Assembly: GCA_963762555.1 (NCBI GenBank)
Contig: CAVXLO010000007.1
Location: forward strand, 103,640 to 167,639
DNA: 64,000 nt
Direction: 5' to 3'
From: an uncultured Verrucomicrobiae bacterium
GTDB taxonomy: Bacteria; Verrucomicrobiota; Verrucomicrobiia; Limisphaerales; UBA8199
This document shows positions 45,681 through 56,640 of this stretch, one piece after another. The notes under the pieces were generated by a model. That model saw only the letters and a program-made list of their open reading frames with translations. It had not been told where the DNA came from and did not search any database. How positions within the stretch are numbered: position 1 is the first letter of the stretch; every line of letters begins with the position of its first letter. A program made the position numbers and the translations under genes.

Positions 45681-47351
45681 CTAAGCAGCGGGGGCTGATT
45701 GTCTCTTCTTCCCTCTCTTGCCCTTCTTCTTGTTGGCGCCTGGCGGGGGATAAGGTTTGACGTTTGCCCGGCTCGGCCCAGGCTTCCCATTTGGCGGTCA
45801 GGTCTGCCGCGCGAGCGGGTTCGGCGGCGGCCAGGTCGTGCAGCTCGGTGCGGTCGGTCTTGAGGTTGTAGAGCTCCCAAGGGCCGTTTCGGCCCAGCCG
45901 CACCAGCTTCCAATCGCCCACGCGGATGGCCGCGTTGCCTTCGTGCTCCCAGTAGAGCGCGTCGCGCTGGATCGGCTGGTTGCCGAACGCCGGCGCCAGG
46001 CTGCGGCCTTCCATCGGCTGGATCGCCTGGCCGTGGAACTCCGCCGGGTATTTGGCGCCCGCCAGGTCCACGCAGGTGGCCATGATGTCCACGAGGTGGC
46101 CCGGTTGCTGGCGAAATTCGCCCCGCCCCGCGATGCCGGCCGGCCAGTGCGCGATCAGCGGCGTCGAAATGCCGCCCTCGTGGTTGTAATGCTTGTAGCG
46201 GCGGAAGGGGGTGTTCTCCAGCGTGGCCCACGATTGCCCGCAGAAGACCGTGGAGCCGACGCCACCCGGGCTAGCGCCTTCGAGCCGGCCGCGCGGACCG
46301 CTCTCGGCGTTGCCGCCGTTGTCGGACAGGAACAGGATGAGCGTGTTGTCGAGCACGCTGCGTTGCTTGAGCGCCGCGACCAGCCGGCCTACCGCCGTGT
46401 CCATGTGGGCGACGCAGGCCGCGTAGATGGCCATGATGTGATCGAAACGGTCCTTCTCCGCGTCGCTCAAGTGTCCCACGCGGCCACTGCGTCAGGCCGC
46501 GGCGAGAGCGGCCAGGCCTTGTCCACGACCCCCAGTTCGATCTGCCGGGCGTGGCGTTGCTCGCGGAGCTTGTCCCAGCCGATCTTGTACTTGCCGCGGA
46601 ACCGCGCGATCTCGTCCGCCGGGCGCCTGCAACGGGAAGTGCGGCGCGTTGTAGGCCAGGTAGAGGAAGAAGGGCTTCTTCGCCGCGAGCGCCTCGTCAA
46701 TGAACTTGATGCCGAAGTCGGTATAGAGGTCCGTGGTGTACCAGTTCTTGGGCAGCTCCGGCGCATCGTCCGCGAGCGCCTTGCCGTTGAGGAACAGCCG
46801 ATCCTGCTTGCCTTGGGCGTAGTAGAAGCCGCCCGCCGGGGAGTTGAGGCTGCGCTGGAAACCCCGTTCCCAGGGGACGATGCCGTGGTTCTGCCCCACG
46901 TGCCATTTGCCGCTCATGGCCGTGAAGTAGCCCGCCCCGTCCAGCACTTCGGCGATGGTGACGCAGCGGTCGTTGAGCCGTCCCGCGATAGCCCGGTTCG
47001 CCGCCGTCTTCGATCATGTGCCCTACGCCCGCCTGGTGCGGGTAGAGCCCGGTGAGCACCGAGGCCCGGGTCGGGCAGCACCGGCCCGTGTTGTAGAACT
47101 GGGTGAAGCGCAGCCCGCCTGCGGCCAGCTTGTCGAGGTTGGGCGTCGGGATCTCGCTGCCGTAGCAGCCCGATGTCGGAAAAGCCCATGTCATCCACGA
47201 GGATGACCACGATGTTCGGTCGGCCCGGCACGGCGGCCACCACCCGGAGCGCTTGCCCGAGGGCAAGGGCGACGGCGAGCAAGAGCGCGGCCCGGATTGC
47301 GGGGGCAAGCTTCAGTTTGGGCGGCAGGATAATAGCGGGGAGGTTATTCAT
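45681..47351 (-). CDS. Arylsulfatase (Cys-type)
   Basis: RPNIVVILVDDMGFSDIG; CCPTRASVLTGLY; GKWHVG; LAYNAPHFPLQA; FLSDNGG; HEGGISTPLIAHWP; WEHEGNAAIR; frameshifted. Confidence 0.94.
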
Positions 47352-47522
47352 GTGGGTTGAATCAATCGTCGCACGGGCCTGGATTCAGGTTCCGCTTCAT
47401 TCGAATGGCTCAGATGGTAAATGACCCCCTGAGGTTACTCAATCTTTCATTAAACAGCCATTCTCGCTGCCCGGCCCACCCCCCCTCCTGCCATACTCCA
47501 GCCCTCCGCAGGCTATCATGCA

Positions 47523-47612
47523 GCAGGGGGAGAGCAGGGGGAGAGCAGGAGGAGAGCAGGGGGAGACCTCTCCCCCTGCTCTCCCCCTGCTCTCCCCCTG
47601 CTTTCCCCCTGC
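47523..47612. repeat. Palindrome made of 11-nt tandem units (GCAGGGGGAGA)n / (TCTCCCCCTGC)n
   Basis: About 4 forward units followed by about 4 reverse-complement units. Confidence 0.88.
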
Positions 47613-47731
47613 TTGTGGGTGGCCGGCGAGTCTAGTGATTGCCTGCACTGATAACTGATTTGAAAGCGGCAGAGGGCGCTGCTCCTTACACGGATCTTGG
47701 GAATCTGTGGACTCCGGCTTGGTGTGCGCCT

Positions 47732-47873
47732 GTTCCCCCTCACCCCGGCCCTCTCCCTTGGGGAGAGGGAGCCTCGCAGTCCGTCGCCCGAGCGTACCTG
47801 GCGCTTTCGGTTCGCGGCCGCCCTGGCGAGCATTCTCCCTCTCCGCAAGGGAGAGGGCCGGGGTGAGGGGGAA
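47732..47873. repeat. CCCTCACCCC-family REP-like palindrome, copy 3
   Basis: TTCCCCCTCACCCCGGCCCTCTCCC ... GGGAGAGGGCCGGGGTGAGGGGGAA. Confidence 0.88.
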
Positions 47874-48041
47874 CGGACCAACCGCCAAACCAACCAACTC
47901 CCGAGGGGGGAAGAGAAGCGTGTAAGGTGCAGAGAGGGCTGCCGCTTTTCCGCGTATCGCGAACTTCTGCAAGCAGAAACTGGCCTGGGTGTAGCGGTTC
48001 TGATTGCCTGGGAGGTGCGTTTCAGTCAGGCTGGTTGGCGA

Positions 48042-50341
48042 TTGAAGCTGCTATCACAATGCGGTCTATGTAGGCTGAAGGGTGTTGTTCTGGGCGTTTT
48101 ACTGCTGACGTGCGTAAGCGCGGGGGCGGCCACGGACAGGGTCGAGGTGTCGAATGGGCGATTGGAGGTCGGGGTGGGGCGGGAACGGGGGGATCTGGTG
48201 AGGCTGGTGGATAGGCACTCGCGGCAGAACTTTGCGGGCGCGTCGTCGGGGACGGGGCTGTGGGAGCTGGCGCTGGGGGCTTCGAACCAGGTGGTTGTTC
48301 CGGCGGATGCGAAGTCTGTCGAATGCCGGGTGATGCGGGGCAAGGAGCGGGGCTTGCGGGTGACGTGGCAGGGATTTGGGGTGAAGGCTGCGCCGGAATT
48401 GCGGGTGGAGGCGGTGGTGCGGTTGGACCGGCGGCAGCCGATGAGCCGGTGGGGATTGAGCGTGAGCGGGCTGGGAGGGCTCGGGCTCGGGCAGGTGCGG
48501 TTTCCGCGCATCGTGAATATCCCGCGCCAGGAGAACGAGCGGCTGGCGGTGCCGCTCTGGATGGGGGAAGACCTGGCTGAGCCACGGGAGCACTTTGCGG
48601 GCGCGGACAAGCGCGGGCGGCGCGAGCAGTGGGCCTATCCGGGCATTCTATCTATGCAATGCCTGGCGTTCTACCGGCAGGATGGGCCGGGGCTGTATGT
48701 GGCCTGCGATGACACCGCCGCGCTGAACAAAACGTTTGCATTCTTCGGCGACGGGCAGGGCGATGTCGGCTGCGAAGTGGTGCATCTGCCCGAGCGGTTG
48801 GCATCGTCGGCGGATGCGTGGCGTCTGCCTTACTCGGTTCGGGTGGGCACCTTCGAGGGCGATTGGTTTACGGCGGCGGAGCGTTACCGGGCCTGGGCGA
48901 CCAACCAGGTTTGGGCGAAGGAAAGCCGGCTGGCGCGCGGTCTGGTGCCGGAGTGGGCGCGCGACACGGCGCTGTGGGTGTGGAACCGGGGCCGGTCGCC
49001 GGGGGTTTTGGGGCCGGCGGTGGCCTTGCAGGAGAAGCTGGGGTTGCCGGTGAGCGTGTTCTGGCATTGGTGGCATGGGTGCGCTTACGACACCGGTTTC
49101 CCGGAATACTTCCCGCCGCGCGAGGGCACCGAGAGTTTCACCAACGCGCTGGCCGCCGCGCAGGCCAAGGGCATCCACGCGCTTGTCTATATGAACCAGC
49201 GGCTGTGGGGCATGACCACCCGCAGTTGGACGCGAGGAGGGCGCCGAGCGGTTCGCGGTCAAAGGCGCGGACGGCAAGGTCCATCCCGAGGTCTATAACA
49301 CCTACACTCAAGCGCCTTGCGCGCCGATGTGCATGGGCACGGAGTTCTGGCGGCAGAAATATGCCGGGCTGGCGGTTCGCGCCGTGCACGAACTGGGCGT
49401 GGATGGGATTTACATGGACCAGGCCTGCACGAGCCTGCCGTGCTACGACCCCACCACGGCCACCCGCTGGGCGGCGGGGTTTATTGGATGCAGGGTTTCC
49501 GCACGCTGGAGTCGGACATCCGCCGCCCTGTGCCGGTCGACGGGGAGCCGGTGGTGCTGGCGGGGGAAGGCTGCAGCGAGCCGTGGCTGCCGTACCTGGA
49601 CCTGATGCTGAGTTTGCAGGTCAGCCGCGAGCGCTTTATGGCGCGCCGAGCGGGTGGGAGACTATCCCGTTCTTCCATGCGGTGTATCATCCCTATGCCG
49701 TCTTCTACGGGAATTACTCCTCACTGACCATGCCGCCCTATGACGACTTGTGGCCGGCGGAGTTTGCGCCCAAGGAACCGCTCAAGCTGCTGGACCCGAA
49801 GTTCAACCGCCAGTTCTGCCTGGAACAGGCGCGGTCCTTCGTCTGGGGCCAGCAGCCGGCCATTGCCAATTTCCTGCCGGTCGAGTTGACCGAGCGCGCC
49901 GGAGAAGTTGGACTTCGTGATGCGGATAGCGCGGGTGCGCAGCCGGGCGGCGAAGTATCTTCTCCATGGGACATTCCTGCGGCCCGCCGGAGCTACGCGG
50001 GCCGTCCGCCACGCTGGACATTTCGCGTCTCTGGGTCTATGGCGGGCGGCAGGGTGGCTTGACGGAATACCAGAAGACGAGCCCGCTTGCGCTGGCGGCC
50101 GCCTGGGGCGCGCCGGATGGGAATGTGGGCATCGCCGTGGCCAGCATCGCGGAGGAGCCGATCCAGTGTTACCCTTGGACCTGCCGAAGGGCGCCTACGG
50201 CCTGCCGCGGAGGACGGTCGTGTATCAGATGGACGAAAGCGGTCCGCCGGAGGCTCGGCACGCTGCGGCAAAACAGCGGGCTCGATCAAACTTGATCTTC
50301 CCGCCCGCGCTGCGTGCATGGTGGAATTGGTTCCGCAGTAG
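48042..50341 (+). CDS. Secreted glycoside-hydrolase-like protein (DUF6259-like); start approximate
   Basis: Signal GVVLGVLLLTCVSAGA; YPGILSMQCLAFY; GDWFTAAERYRAWA; WHWWHGCAYDTGFPEYFP; MCMGTEFWRQ...LGVDGIYMDQ; frameshifted. Confidence 0.7.
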
Positions 50342-50388
50342 CTCGGCGTTCCCAAGCCCGAGTCTTCGCCGTAACGATGGAGAAGCGG

Positions 50389-50541
50389 TTTAACGCAAAG
50401 ACGCAGAGACGCAAAGAGGACGCAGCCATGTCTGGAGGGTGCTGCCCGCCGGGTACATTAACCGCACGATGAGGCCCCGATAGCAAAAACCACCCCTTCC
50501 AAAGTCTTTGCGTCTCTGCGTCTTTGCGCCTTTGCGTTGAA
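50389..50541. repeat. Inverted repeat of 8-nt units (ACGCARAG)n / (CTTTGCGT)n
   Basis: TTTAACGCAAAGACGCAGAGACGCAAAG ... CTTTGCGTCTCTGCGTCTTTGCGCCTTTGCGTTGAA between convergent genes. Confidence 0.8.
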
Positions 50542-50680
50542 TCTGACTGGATCGTTATTGGACACGGCCACCCCGGCCCTCTTCCCTGGGGAGAGCATTC
50601 CCCGAGCCGTGCTCGTGGTTTGAAATCATGAACTTGCGCCCCTCTCCGGCCTTCGGCCTCAAGGGTGTGAATTATCGGGG

Positions 50681-51984
50681 CTAGGCAATCTGCAACTCCC
50701 GCACGACGAAGGGGGCGAACTCCTCGTGCAGGTGCGGGGGGATGCGGGCCTTGAAGCGGGCGGTTTCGCCGTTGTAATCCCGCTCCACTACCTGGCCGAC
50801 CTCATGCAGCCGCGCGATGACGCCAGCCCGGTCGTGCGGCACGGAAAGCTCCATGAACTCACGGATAGGGCGCAACTGGGTGCCCAATTCCGCCAGCAGC
50901 GCCGGGATGCCCTCGCCGGTTGTGGCGGAGATGGCGACGCCGTGCGGATGCCGCTCCAGGAACCGGGAGAGCACTTCCCGGCTGCCGTTCAACTGGTCAA
51001 TCTTGTTGAACACCATCACCGTCGGCTTGCCTTCGGCGCCGATGTCCCTGAGCACGGCGTCCACGGATTGAATCTGTTCCTCGGCCTCCGGATGGCTGGC
51101 ATCCACCACGTGCAGCAGCAAGTCGGCCTGGACCACTTCCTCCAAGCGTCGCCTTGAACGCCTCGACCAGGCCGTGCGGCAGCTTGCGGATGAAACCGAC
51201 CGTGTCGGTCAGCAGCACGTTCTGGTTGGTCGGCAGGCGCAGGCGGCGCGTGGTCGGGTCGAGCGTGGCGAACAGTTTGTCCTCCGCCAGCACCTCCGCG
51301 CCGGTCAGGGCGTTGAGCAAGGTGGACTTGCCGGCGTTGGTATAGCCGACAATCGAGGCCAGCGCCCAATGGTTGCGCTGGCGCTGGTTGCGCTGCATGG
51401 CGCGCTGGCGGCGCACGACCTCCAGTTCGCGCGAAATGCGGGCGATGCGGTCCTGCACCCGGCGGCGGTCCGTTTCCAACTGCGTTTCACCCTCGCCGCC
51501 TCTCATGCCGATGCCGCCCTTTTGCCGCGACAAGTGGCCCCAGAACCGCGTCAGCCGCGGCAGCAGGTGCTGCAGTTGCGCGAGCTCGATCTGGAGTTTG
51601 CCTTCGCGCGTGCGGGCGCGCTGGGCGAAGATGTCGAGGATGAGCGACGTGCGGTCGAGGACCTTGCAGTTAAAGGCCTGTTCCAGGTTGCGGCTCTGGG
51701 CGGGGGAAAGCTCGTCGTCGAAGATCACCGTATCCACATCCGCCTGGCTGGCAGCGCTTGGCGAACTCCTCGGCCTTGCCTTTGCCGATGTAGGTCGCGG
51801 CGCACGGCGTGGCCATCTTCTGCATGCCATCGCCCACGACCTCGCCGCCCGCCGTGGTGGCCAGCTCGGAAAGCTCCTCCAGCGAATCATCGCAAGTCTA
51901 CCGCCCTGCCGTGGACTTGAGTTCTACCCCCACGAGGAAGACTCGCTCCGTCCGGCGGTTCCTGGTCTCGATCAGTGCTTTCAA
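50681..51984 (-). CDS. hflX: GTPase HflX
   Basis: [87 protein letters not shown]; TTG start; frameshifted. Confidence 0.96.
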
Positions 51985-52077
51985 TTCAGCGCGTCTATCG
52001 CGTTCGCTCTCTTTCTAATTATCTCTAAGGCAAGCATAGCACGTTTCGGGCCGGAGAAAAGGGATTTCCGCATCCCC

Positions 52078-52232
52078 AGGGCTGCATCAAGCTCGCCCGG
52101 AGCGCGAGCCGTCCCGGCTCGCAGCAACCACCGGCGCTCCCGGATTCCCTGGTTTTATGGGCATTGCTCGCGTTCCCGCGCGCTGCGAGCCGGGACGGCT
52201 CGCGGTCCGCATGGGAGCTTGATGCAGCCCTG
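52078..52232. mobile_element. ~155-bp MITE-like element, copy 2 (inverted relative to copy 1)
   Basis: Near-exact reverse complement of 42852-43007, including the non-palindromic middle. Confidence 0.75.
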
Positions 52233-52310
52233 CCGCATCCCCCGCCGGCCTTATTTGTGCTGGACTTTCGGCGCAAATCGCACAGACTCCAATTACTGAA
52301 AAGGTTAGGA

Positions 52311-53423
52311 ATGTGGGAGACCACCGTGAAGTCAGAGCGATCGCCAATTGCGTCAGGTTACGGGTTTTTGCTCCGCCAGATCAAACAGCGAATCCGTGTT
52401 GCCCAAAGCAAGGCTGTCCTCGCAGCCAATCAGGAAATGATCCTGTTGTACTGGGACATTGGACGGGCGATCTTCCTGCGTCAGCGCCGGGAGGGCTGGG
52501 GCTCTCGCGTAATAGACCGGCTGGCTGCTGATTTGCGCCAAGCGTTCCCGGCCATGCAGGGTTTCTCGCCGCGCAATCTAAAGTACATGCGTGCCTTTGC
52601 CGAGGCTTGGCCCAGCCGCGAGATAGTGCAACAACTTGTTGCACAAATCCCTTGGGGACACAATGTGCGCATACTCGATCAAGTCCCGGACCGCCCTGCC
52701 CGTGAGTGGTATGTCCGGCAGACGATTGCGCACGGTTGGTCGCGCAGTGTGCTCGCCATCCAAATCGAAACCCGTCTGCGGGAACGCCAGGGCCACGCTG
52801 TGACCAACTTCGCTGCCACGCTCCCCGCGCCCCAGTCTGACCTCGCGCAGCAGACACTCAAGGATCCCTACATCTTTAACTTCCTCACGCTCGACGGCGC
52901 CGCCCGGGAGCGTGACCTGGAATTGGGCCTGCTCGGGCATATCCAGAGGTTCCTCGTCGAACTGGGCGTCGGCTTCGCCTTCGTCGGGCGGCAATACCGG
53001 CTGGAGGTCTCCGATCAGGAATTCTCGCTCGACCTGCTCTTTTATCACCTGCGCTTGCGCTGCTTTGTGGTGGTGGACCTCAAGATGCAGGCCTTCAAAC
53101 CGGAGTTCGCCGGCAAGATGAACTTCTACCTCTCTGCCGTGGACGACCAATTGCGTCACCGCGACAACCAGCCGACGATTGGCCTCCTGCTTTGCAAGGA
53201 ACAGGACCGCCTTATCGTCGAATACGCTCTCCGCGACGTCGCGAAGCCCATCGGCGTGGCAGAATGGCGCACCCGCCTGGTTGAATCCCTGCCCAGGGAG
53301 CTACAGTCTAGCTTGCCTACCGTCGCACAGATCGAAGCCGAGTTGACAGGTGGGCTTCCGGGTGCCGGAGGGCCGCACCGGACCAGGCCCAGAAGAAGGA
53401 GAGGCAAGAAATGTTCGGGCTAA
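52311..53423 (+). CDS. yhcG: YhcG / DUF1016 family PDDEXK nuclease-like protein
   Basis: LLYWDIGR, GFSPRNLKYMRAFA, IPWGHN, LKDPYIFNFL, LGVGFAFVGRQY, DLLFYHLRLRCFVVVDLK, GKMNFYL, TIGLLLCK. Confidence 0.93.
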   Translation: MWETTVKSERSPIASGYGFLLRQIKQRIRVAQSKAVLAANQEMILLYWDIGRAIFLRQRREGWGSRVIDRLAADLRQAFPAMQGFSPRNLKYMRAFAEAWPSREIVQQLVAQIPWGHNVRILDQVPDRPAREWYVRQTIAHGWSRSVLAIQIETRLRERQGHAVTNFAATLPAPQSDLAQQTLKDPYIFNFLTLDGAARERDLELGLLGHIQRFLVELGVGFAFVGRQYRLEVSDQEFSLDLLFYHLRLRCFVVVDLKMQAFKPEFAGKMNFYLSAVDDQLRHRDNQPTIGLLLCKEQDRLIVEYALRDVAKPIGVAEWRTRLVESLPRELQSSLPTVAQIEAELTGGLPGAGGPHRTRPRRRRGKKCSG

Positions 53424-55185
53424 AGACGTCCCGGCTGCCGCCAGACCCAGTCACCATGGTCCAATCGCGGCAAGTGCACCGGTGAATCATACCAATCTCC
53501 CCACGGCGGGCTGGCTTCGGCGGGTTTGCCCTGGTCGTCCACCCGGTTCAGGCCGACGGAATAGAGAGTGAAACCGCCGTCGGATTCACGCCGATACTGG
53601 AGCGGCGCGGCATTCGGGGCGAGCAGATCGGTTGGAATGTGGGTGAGAGAGGCGGGAACCAGGTCTTCCAGGGCGGCGGGATATTGGCCGTGAGCCAGTC
53701 GGTAGCGTTCCAGGACGCAGGCGACTGAGGCTTCCTGACAGGCCGTCTGCCGGTAAGCGGATTGGCGAGCGAGTTCGTGGAATGTCTCCATGAGCCTGGG
53801 AATGATCAAGAACAACATAGCCGGGTCGGTCGCGCTAAGCACTTCGGCTCGCCACCGATGCTGGCGGTCCAAGTCCAATGCCTTGGTCACGTTGTCACGC
53901 CGTTCATAGAAGTCGTAGGTCCAAGCCTTGTCCTGGTAGAGCCAGCCGACGGGGTAAGCGACACGGAAAAGCCATATCCAGAAGCGGTCGCTGCTGTCGG
54001 TCTCCTGCCGCAGGCGCTTGCCCAGGCTGAGGGATGGCCTTGCAGGAAGGCATGGAACTGGTCGGCGAGGTTCATCAGCATAATGGTCTCGCCACGCGCA
54101 GCCACATGAAAGTCGGCAAGCAAGTCCATGGCGGCGAAGCGTTCTTGCAGCGTCGCAAGCTGCTGCTCATTCCAGCGCTGACGGGCCAGACCTTCCCAGA
54201 CGGTTTGGAGACAGAGCATGAGCATCTGCCCCCGGATTTCGTGCGCGACGGCATAGGGTACCTGGCGCAGCGAATCGGTGAGGCGCAAAGCGAGCAGGGT
54301 GTCATCAAACGCAGCGTTGGTCTGATCCTGCGCCAGTTCAGCCACCGCCCGCAGGCACAGGATATGAGTCGCTGAACGAAGGCTCCCCGCGGGCAGCAGG
54401 GAGGGCCACTGCACCGCGAACCAGCCCTCGTCGTAAGGGATGGGGTACCGGACTTGCGGGCGGCGGTCGGCCGCGCGCAACACGGCCAGGGCGGAGTCGT
54501 AACGGCTCAGCGCCAGCAGGACATCGGCGGCGGCCGTTTGCGGGTCGGGCGCGACGGGGAAATCGAGCGAGGGCGAATCGGTGGTATTGGTTTGAGCGGA
54601 GAAATGATAGTGGCGGAAGAACTTCTGCCACGCCGCGAGGTCCGTGGCCTGCCCAAAGGCCCAACTCGCCCTCGGCCAGTCCCGAGGGTCGCCGAGATAA
54701 AAGGGGAGGCTGGCCCGGTCTGGGATTTCGCGAGGCTCACCCGGCTTCCAATCCGCGTAGCCAAGCAGTTTGGGCACTCCCGGCGCCAGGGCGAAGTTCT
54801 CGCCATCCGGCACCGGGGGCGGAATCACCGAGGACAATTCCAGCGATTCGCCCCGTGCGGTCGCCCGACTTTCCAGGGCGGCCCAGACGCGCTTGCCACG
54901 CCAGCGTTCCTCGGCGTAGAAGAGCACGATGACTGACACAATCCCAACTCCCAGCCACCCGTAAAAGCGCAGGGCGCGCCGGCTGACAAACCACCGAAAG
55001 CCATGCCTCCACGCAGCCACCGAAAGCACCAGCAGCAGCACGAGGAGGAATGCCGCCAGGATGAAAATGATCTGGAAGAACGGATTGTTGGCCACCCAGA
55101 TCCCGATCAGAGCTATCAAGCCGGCGTCGAGCACGCCGAGAATGCAGCGCCCGAGGCGCGAGGGAGTATTCTTCAAATAGTCCAT
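53420..55185 (-). CDS. Membrane-anchored helical protein with a GspG-like C-terminal motif
   Basis: Three N-terminal hydrophobic segments, FYAEERWRGKRVW, PPPVPDGENFA; tail ACVLERYRLAHGQYPAALEDLVP...FTLYSVGLNRVDDQG...GDWVW; one frameshift. Confidence 0.7.
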
Positions 55186-55764
55186 ACAGTCGGTTCGTCA
55201 TCGGATTGAACCGTTGGCCAGGGAGGAAGTCCCTCGCTCCGAGGCTGAGCAGGGTGGCGGCCTCGTCGAGGGGCACGGGTGGGCTGCTCGTGTCCGAGTC
55301 GGGTCGCCAGCAGTCGTTCGCGCGTCTCCAGAGCCCGGTAGATCTCGATTGGCGAGCGGGCCATGGGTGTTTGGGCTGAGAGCGAAACGCCGGGCGCGCT
55401 GAGCCTGAAGAATAACACCAGCACCCACACGGATGCGACGGCCAGCGCAGGCCGGAGGTTCCGCCGCAACAGCCCGCGCCACCAACCGAGCAACGCCGCG
55501 CCTGTTTGCCGGCTATCGTAAGGCCGGGCGGCCTCTTCGACTGCCCGGGTCCAGCGCGCCCGAAAGCCGGGGCTCGGTTCCACCCGGCCGAGTGGCCAGC
55601 CAGCGCAAGCCGCCGGTGGCGGCATGCAATTGTGCCGCGTATTGGCGGCAGTCCGGACAGACGGCAATATGGCCTTGAATTTGCGCCGACTGCTCAGCCG
55701 CCACGTCGTCAAAGACGGAGGCGCGAATCGCCTCCCGCCATTGGTTGCATTCCTTAGCACGCAT
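55173..55764 (-). CDS. Zinc-binding (zf-HC2/ZAS) anti-sigma factor
   Basis: HIAVCPDC (HxxxCxxC); transmembrane ALAVASVWVLVLFF; downstream of ECF sigma; one frameshift. Confidence 0.82.
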
Positions 55765-55794
55765 CTTTCATACTCCAATGGGAACGTTAACGGC

Positions 55795-55906
55795 GCGCCG
55801 CGTGAGGGCACGCGGCCTGCAACCGCGCACGCTCGCTTGTGTTGGCCGCGTGCCCTCACGCGGCGCCTTTCGGACTTCAGACTTCGGACTTCGGACTTCG
55901 GACTTC
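55795..55906. repeat. Hairpin GCGCCGCGTGAGGGCACGCGGCC followed by heptamer tandem (GGACTTC)n
   Basis: Inverted arms ~55795-55818 and ~55844-55867; five GRACTTC-type units at 55872-55906. Confidence 0.8.
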
Positions 55907-56534
55907 ACACTCCTGTATCCCCCCATAGTTCCGAAAGGTTCATGCCGTGCTGCGAATCGCGCAGTTTTTCCAGCGCGTAATGCAGCCGAGATTTCACTGT
56001 GCCCACCGAGCAACCCAGCAGAGCGGCAATTTCCGGGAGGGAGGCGCCCTCGAAGAAACGCAGCAGGACAACCTGCTGGTGCTTCTCGGGGAGAACCTCC
56101 ACTGCCTGGCGCAGCCTTTCCGCCGCTTCCTTGCGCATCGCTTCCTCGGCGGGCGAAGGGCCCGCGGCCGGAAGGCTTTCCTGGGCTTGCCGGCGTTCGT
56201 CAGCCTCTGTCGGAGGCAACGCCGCGAGGGGGACCGGACGTGAGCGGGCCCGACGCAGGGCCTTTTGGTGGCGGTGGAGAAGGATGGAGAATAGCCAGGT
56301 GCTGAGCCGGCAGGTGCCATCGTAGCGATGGAGGCTGCGCCAGGCTTCGACGAGCGTCTCGGATACCAGGTCCTCGGCGGCGCTCGGATCACGCGTGAGG
56401 CCGCACGCCTGTTGCAGAAGCCTGCTTTCGTACTCCGCGGCCAACTGGCAAAAAGCGGACGCCTCTCCCGCTCGTGCCCGAGCCAGGAGATCAGCAGCGT
56501 CTGCGAATTCCGGGCGGTTGGCCGTAATGCCCAT
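55905..56534 (-). CDS. ECF sigma-70 factor
   Basis: AEDLVSETLVEAW...LSTWLFSI; LPEKHQQVVLLRFFEGASLPEIAALLGCSVGTVKSRLHYA. Confidence 0.93.
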   Translation of the reverse strand: MGITANRPEFADAADLLARARAGEASAFCQLAAEYESRLLQQACGLTRDPSAAEDLVSETLVEAWRSLHRYDGTCRLSTWLFSILLHRHQKALRRARSRPVPLAALPPTEADERRQAQESLPAAGPSPAEEAMRKEAAERLRQAVEVLPEKHQQVVLLRFFEGASLPEIAALLGCSVGTVKSRLHYALEKLRDSQHGMNLSELWGDTGV

Positions 56535-56640
56535 CTATCTATCAATCCCCTGGTGCGGGGAAAAGGTTCAATGCGGAGTACAGAACTCAGAAGGGGCTGC
56601 GGCGCGCTGGGCATGCCCCGCGCACACGGAGTCACGCGCC

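Noticed and set aside
47697-48041. Long N-terminal extension of the DUF6259-like ORF (similarly 52164-52310 for yhcG)
   Set aside because: Translates repeat elements; the plausible signal peptide or conserved start begins downstream
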